Source: Deferribacterales bacterium
GTDB taxonomy: Bacteria > Chrysiogenota > Deferribacteres > Deferribacterales > Geovibrionaceae
Length of the DNA: 64,000 nucleotides
NCBI GenBank assembly: GCA_050251875.1
Contig: JBFWMA010000003.1
Location: 96,001 to 160,000, forward strand
Direction: 5' to 3'
The number at the start of each line of letters is the position of its first letter. The first letter of the stretch is position 1. Position numbers and translations under genes: made by a program. A model generated the notes under the pieces. That model had not been told where the DNA came from, ran no database searches, and saw only the letters and a list, made by a program, of their open reading frames with translations. Positions 59,687-64,000 of this stretch are shown in pieces.

Positions 59687-60790
59687 TCAAGGTTGAATTT
59701 CGGAAACCTTCGCTGTGGGTCTGGAAAAGAACATGGCAAACAGAAACAGAAGATAGCTGAGCACAGCCAGAACAGCGAAAGCGGGGATAAAAACGCCCAC
59801 GGGAGCCAGTATGCCCACTATCAGCCAGTGGAGGGCTATTATCTTGCCGGAGTGAAGCATGATGGGGAAATCACGGAAACGGCAGATAACGGCGAGCCCG
59901 CTGATGTTCCATCCGTACAGCGAAAGGAAACGGTGATAGAGGATGGTTATGTTTTTCAGCATGGGGTCTGTGTATCCCACTGCGTATATGATGATGTAGA
60001 TGACGCCGGAGACGGCTGTCATAACCAGAAAGACTATGCCGGATGTCAGAAACGCCTTCTGCTGGTCTCTGAATCCTGTCTTAACATAAAGCACCAGAAC
60101 GGCGCTGACAGCGACAAAAAGCAGAAGCGATATGCCCAGCTCCAGCCAGGGCGCCTCGAAAAGAATAAAGCCGAAGAAGACTATCACGCCCACTGTGATG
60201 ATCCAGAAGAGCGCGGTTTTTAAAATTATCATTTTCGGTGTTCCCAGCTTTTTCATGGTGGAGAACATCACGCTGAGGGTGATGAGCGAGCTGGGGAAAG
60301 AGAAGCCGAGAAAAAAAGTGTTCAGCGTCAGCTTTTCAAAATCCAGCATGCGGTAGTATTCTTCGTTCACCATGGCGAAGATGGATATCAGAAGCCCTAT
60401 GGACAGGCAGAGAAGAGCCGCGTGATGAAATTTTACCGCCACGGGATAGGCTCTGGAAAAAAACTCTCTGCCAAAAAAGCTGAATTTTTTATACCGGATA
60501 GACTCGACTATGCCGAAGAGGGCAAAGGCTATGATTATACATAATATATATTGTCTGAAAAAAGCCAGAACCGCAAACGCCACCGCCAGCAGATAGAAGG
60601 CGATGAGGCGCTTCGGAAGGTCTTTTCTGTCCATAGTATAGTAGAGGATGATGGTTCCGCCGGAGCAGAGGTTGAAGAGAAAGATATGAAGACGCTCAAA
60701 GTCGTATCCGTGGATTGCGTGGTGCATGAATCCGAAAGACAGGGCTATCGTCATGGTGGCTAGAAAAAGCGCCTTCAAAGCGGAACTCAT
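59687..60790 (-). CDS. Polytopic membrane protein of unknown function
   Basis: About 10 hydrophobic segments; FERLHIFLFNLCSGG; start overlaps upstream stop. Confidence 0.8.
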   Translation of the reverse strand: MSSALKALFLATMTIALSFGFMHHAIHGYDFERLHIFLFNLCSGGTIILYYTMDRKDLPKRLIAFYLLAVAFAVLAFFRQYILCIIIAFALFGIVESIRYKKFSFFGREFFSRAYPVAVKFHHAALLCLSIGLLISIFAMVNEEYYRMLDFEKLTLNTFFLGFSFPSSLITLSVMFSTMKKLGTPKMIILKTALFWIITVGVIVFFGFILFEAPWLELGISLLLFVAVSAVLVLYVKTGFRDQQKAFLTSGIVFLVMTAVSGVIYIIIYAVGYTDPMLKNITILYHRFLSLYGWNISGLAVICRFRDFPIMLHSGKIIALHWLIVGILAPVGVFIPAFAVLAVLSYLLFLFAMFFSRPTAKVSEIQP

Positions 60791-62163
60791 TTAATCCCTC
60801 CAAGCTCGTGGGTCAGAACGTCCGTCAGTTCAGGATAGCGGAATCTGAATCCGCTGTTAAGCAGTTTTTCCGGATAAACGTTGGCTCCGGAGAGCAGAAC
60901 TTCCCTGCCCATCTGCCCGAACATCTTTTCTACAATATATGAAGGAATTTTTAAAAATCTCGGTCTTTTGTAATATTTCGCCAGAGTATCGGAAAATTTC
61001 CTGTTTGTCATGGCGTGGGGAGTCGTCAGATTTACGGCGCCGGAGAGGGATTCCGTCTCTATGACATGAGATGTGGCGTATAACACATCGTCCAGAGAGA
61101 TGTAGCTCATGTACTGTTTTCCGCTGCCGAATATGGGACCCAGCCCTATAGAGAAGGGCAGAGCCATCCTCGCCAGCGCACCGCCGGCGGGTGTCAGCAC
61201 AACGCCTATCCGCATGAAAACGGTTCTGATTCCATGCTCGGTGGCGGGTTTGGCGGCGTCTTCCCATTTTTTGCATACTTTAGATATGAAGTCATCGCCG
61301 TGTCTGGCGTTTTCGGTTATGACGGTGTCGCCCCTGTTGCCGTAAAAGCCTATGGCGGAGGCGCATATGAATGTTTTCGGCGGGTTCTTCATCTTAGCCA
61401 GAGTGTTGGCGAGCAGCGCCGTGCTGCGCACTCTGCTGTCGATGATCTCCCTTTTTTTCATGTCGGTCCACTTGCCCTCGCCTATGGGCTCTCCGGTCAG
61501 GTGGATTACCACATCGGCGTTTTCGAATTTTTCTTCTATAATGCCCGCATTCGGGTTCCAGCATACGTCCCCGATGCACAGTTTCGATTTGTCACGCAGG
61601 AGTCTTATCACCTTGTGTCCCTGCGTCTGAAGAAAAGGTATCAGAGCCGACCCCAGCACTCCGGAAGAACCGGACACCACTATGGTCTTCGGCTTGGGTT
61701 TGTATTCCTCATAGAATTCTATGTCGTTTTTGCACACGTCCTCTCTGTATCGGAACATTCTTTCCAGTTTTTTTCTGGCGAACCCTCCGGCTACCGCTGT
61801 GGAGATCTGGTGCAGAGGCAGCTGATAGTCCACATGATCCTTCACCGTGGTTACGCCGTTATTTTCAGAGAAATAGTGCGAGTGTTCCCACAGAGCGAAG
61901 GGACCTTTTTTCTGTCTGTCTTTAAAAAACTTGTCTTTTTCATAGATGAGATGTTCCGCGTGCCACGGAACGGAAAGCATGCCCATTTTCAGAGAGATGT
62001 TGCAGACACCCCCCTCTTTAATTCCCCCTTCTTTATGAATGAGCGATATTTGCTCCCACGGAGGGCTCAGACGAAAGAGCGCTCCCTCTCTCTCGTGCCA
62101 GTCAAAGACAGAAGAGACAGATGAGTTAATAAATGTTTCGTGTTCAATAAATTGTTTAGACAT
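60787..62163 (-). CDS. SRPBCC domain + TIGR01777-family NAD-dependent epimerase/oxidoreductase fusion
   Basis: VFDWH...RLSPPW...GPFALWEHSH N-domain; SGSSGVLG, ASAIGFYG, RIGVVL; start set at ATG 62163. Confidence 0.88.
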   Translation of the reverse strand: MSKQFIEHETFINSSVSSVFDWHEREGALFRLSPPWEQISLIHKEGGIKEGGVCNISLKMGMLSVPWHAEHLIYEKDKFFKDRQKKGPFALWEHSHYFSENNGVTTVKDHVDYQLPLHQISTAVAGGFARKKLERMFRYREDVCKNDIEFYEEYKPKPKTIVVSGSSGVLGSALIPFLQTQGHKVIRLLRDKSKLCIGDVCWNPNAGIIEEKFENADVVIHLTGEPIGEGKWTDMKKREIIDSRVRSTALLANTLAKMKNPPKTFICASAIGFYGNRGDTVITENARHGDDFISKVCKKWEDAAKPATEHGIRTVFMRIGVVLTPAGGALARMALPFSIGLGPIFGSGKQYMSYISLDDVLYATSHVIETESLSGAVNLTTPHAMTNRKFSDTLAKYYKRPRFLKIPSYIVEKMFGQMGREVLLSGANVYPEKLLNSGFRFRYPELTDVLTHELGGIK

Positions 62164-62533
62164 CTTTATGATTTTAAATCTAAAAAGGAGCGATGGCAAC
62201 ATAACTATAAATATGTGGAAGATTTTTTTATTGCGGATAACGAAAAAGGAAAATAAAATAGTATTGGCTGATACATATTGCTGATATTAAGTTTTTTCTC
62301 AGGTATCTCTGCGCTATTGGTTTTCCGTATAGCGTTTTTTGTGTGTAAGTGATTTAAGTATAAGTGCATCTTTATTATTCATTCTGAATTTTATTAAATT
62401 ATTTGTCATGATTTTCAAGTTTTTCTATCATTTTAAAGTTTTTTTGTTGTATATATCCTGTTAACAAATTTTGCATTGATGTTTTTTATAATGTAATGTA
62501 AAACATAGTATCATTTCTGATTCGGAGGTGGGT

Positions 62534-63523
62534 ATGTCACTCATGCAGAAGTTCTGGGATATTGCAAAGGCAAGAAACAAAACAATAGTCCTGCCGGAAG
62601 GAAGCGACGAAAGGACCATTGACGCCGCTAATGCCATAGCTGAAAACGGGCTTGCCAATGTTATCGTCCTCGGTAACGAAGCTGATATTAAAAGCATGTT
62701 TGATTCAAAAGGGTACAAGGTACGCTGTACAATAATTGACCCTGCTAAAAGCGAATATTTAAAAGATTTTACAGATACATATTATGAAAGCAGAAAATCA
62801 AAAGGCATGAGCAGAGAGGAAGCGGAGGAATCCATGAAGGATGTTCTCTATTTCGGCTCTATGCTGGTTCAGAAAGGTATAGCGGACGGAGCCGTCACAG
62901 GCGCCGCACACACCACAGGAGATGTTCTGAGAGCCGCAATCCGTGTTATCGGAACAAAGAAAGGCATGAAGACAGTCTCCAGCTGTTTTATCATGGTTAC
63001 ACCTAAACCCGAATTCGGAAAAGACGGTGCCGTGCTTTTTGCCGACTGCGCTGTTATCCCCAACCCGGACGCCCAGACACTGGCGGAGATAGCCGTTGCC
63101 ACAGCGGACAGCTGCAAGGCTTTTCTGGAAACAGAGCCTAAGGTGGCTATGCTGTCATTCTCCACCAAGGGAAGCGCCCAGAGCCCAGAAACAGAAAAAG
63201 TTATAGAAGCTACAAAAATAGCTAAATCCATAGCTCCTAATCTCAAGATAGACGGCGAGCTTCAGGCGGACGCCGCTCTTCTGGCGGCTGTCGGAGCGAA
63301 AAAAGCTCCCGGAAGCGAAGTGGCGGGTTCTGCCAACGTTCTTGTCTTCCCGACACTTGACGCCGGAAATATAGGGTATAAACTTGTTGAAAGGATAGCC
63401 GGAGCTGAGGCTATCGGACCCGTTATACAGGGTCTCGCTAAACCTGTTAATGACCTCTCCAGAGGTTGCAAATACATGGATATCGTCAATGTGGCGGCTA
63501 TAACGGCCGTTCAGGCTGACTAG
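62534..63523 (+). CDS. pta: Phosphate acetyltransferase
   Basis: [47 protein letters not shown] before ATG 62534. Confidence 0.97.
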   Translation: MSLMQKFWDIAKARNKTIVLPEGSDERTIDAANAIAENGLANVIVLGNEADIKSMFDSKGYKVRCTIIDPAKSEYLKDFTDTYYESRKSKGMSREEAEESMKDVLYFGSMLVQKGIADGAVTGAAHTTGDVLRAAIRVIGTKKGMKTVSSCFIMVTPKPEFGKDGAVLFADCAVIPNPDAQTLAEIAVATADSCKAFLETEPKVAMLSFSTKGSAQSPETEKVIEATKIAKSIAPNLKIDGELQADAALLAAVGAKKAPGSEVAGSANVLVFPTLDAGNIGYKLVERIAGAEAIGPVIQGLAKPVNDLSRGCKYMDIVNVAAITAVQAD

Positions 63524-63536
63524 GGGGTTTATTCAG

Positions 63537-64000
63537 ATGGATATTCTCGCTCTTAACTGCGGCAGTTCATCGGTTAAGTACCAGCTCTATGACTGGAACA
63601 ACAAAAAAGTAATCGCAAAAGGCGTGGTTGAAAGAATCGGTATCGGCGATTCATTCATCGTTCACGAAGTTCCCGGAAAAGACACAGTCAGAGAGGAATA
63701 TGAGTGTCACGACCACTCCACCGCCATCGGACTGATAGTTAAGACCATGTCCAGAGGAGCCAACGCTGTTCTCGACAGCATGGAGCAGATATCCGCTGTG
63801 GGGCACAGAGTTGTTCACGGCGGCGAGGTTTTCGCCCGAAGCGTTCTTATAGACGAAGAAGTGGTGAAGACCATCGAAGACGTTGCCCACCTCGCTCCCC
63901 TGCACAACCCGCCCAACCTCGCCGGCATCAGAGCCGCTCAGAAAGTAATGCCCAATGTTCCACACGTTGCTATATTCGACACGGCATTTCACCAGACAAT
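63537..64000 (+). CDS. ackA: Acetate kinase (runs off window; absent from ORF track)
   Basis: Manual translation MDILALNCGSSSVKYQL...VGHRVVHGG...LAPLHNP...FDTAFHQT. Confidence 0.96.
   Translation, partial: MDILALNCGSSSVKYQLYDWNNKKVIAKGVVERIGIGDSFIVHEVPGKDTVREEYECHDHSTAIGLIVKTMSRGANAVLDSMEQISAVGHRVVHGGEVFARSVLIDEEVVKTIEDVAHLAPLHNPPNLAGIRAAQKVMPNVPHVAIFDTAFHQT

Noticed and set aside
62203..62527. Long AT-rich intergenic region as a possible sRNA or origin
   Set aside because: Consistent with divergent promoters for pta-ackA and the TIGR01777 gene; no terminator, DnaA-box cluster or stable structure seen

Overview
Core chromosomal region of a motile anaerobic-type Gram-negative bacterium; gene content and protein style suggest Deferribacterota (inference only). 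From left to right: (i) a flagellar/chemotaxis cluster (flhA 3' end, flhF, flhG, fliA, cheB, fliM, fliN/Y, cheY, cheZ, cheA-REC, cheR). It has an embedded PAS-PP2C phosphatase / STAS / STAS-HEAT partner-switching module and several apparently degenerate proteins (Mrr-like, PilZ-like, RACo-like). (ii) An Hfq gene with two tandem Hfq domains, coupled to a single-domain response regulator and divergent from a probable oriC that has DnaA-trios but no adjacent dnaA. (iii) dnaN-recF-gyrB-gyrA-folD-mnmE-mnmG-rsmG, with three parS sites spread across the window but no parA/parB. (iv) c-di-GMP and two-component genes, der, argH, and the CIRCE-controlled hrcA-grpE-dnaK-dnaJ operon interspersed with REP-like repeats. 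(v) A probably leaderless sirtuin, a DUF2917/MocR pair, peroxiredoxin, murI, and pta-ackA (truncated by the window edge). No rRNA, tRNA, CRISPR array, transposase or prophage gene was seen. All calls are by eye, without database searches. The best candidates for something undescribed are the tandem-Hfq/response-regulator unit at the origin and the phosphatase-STAS-STAS/HEAT-CheR module.
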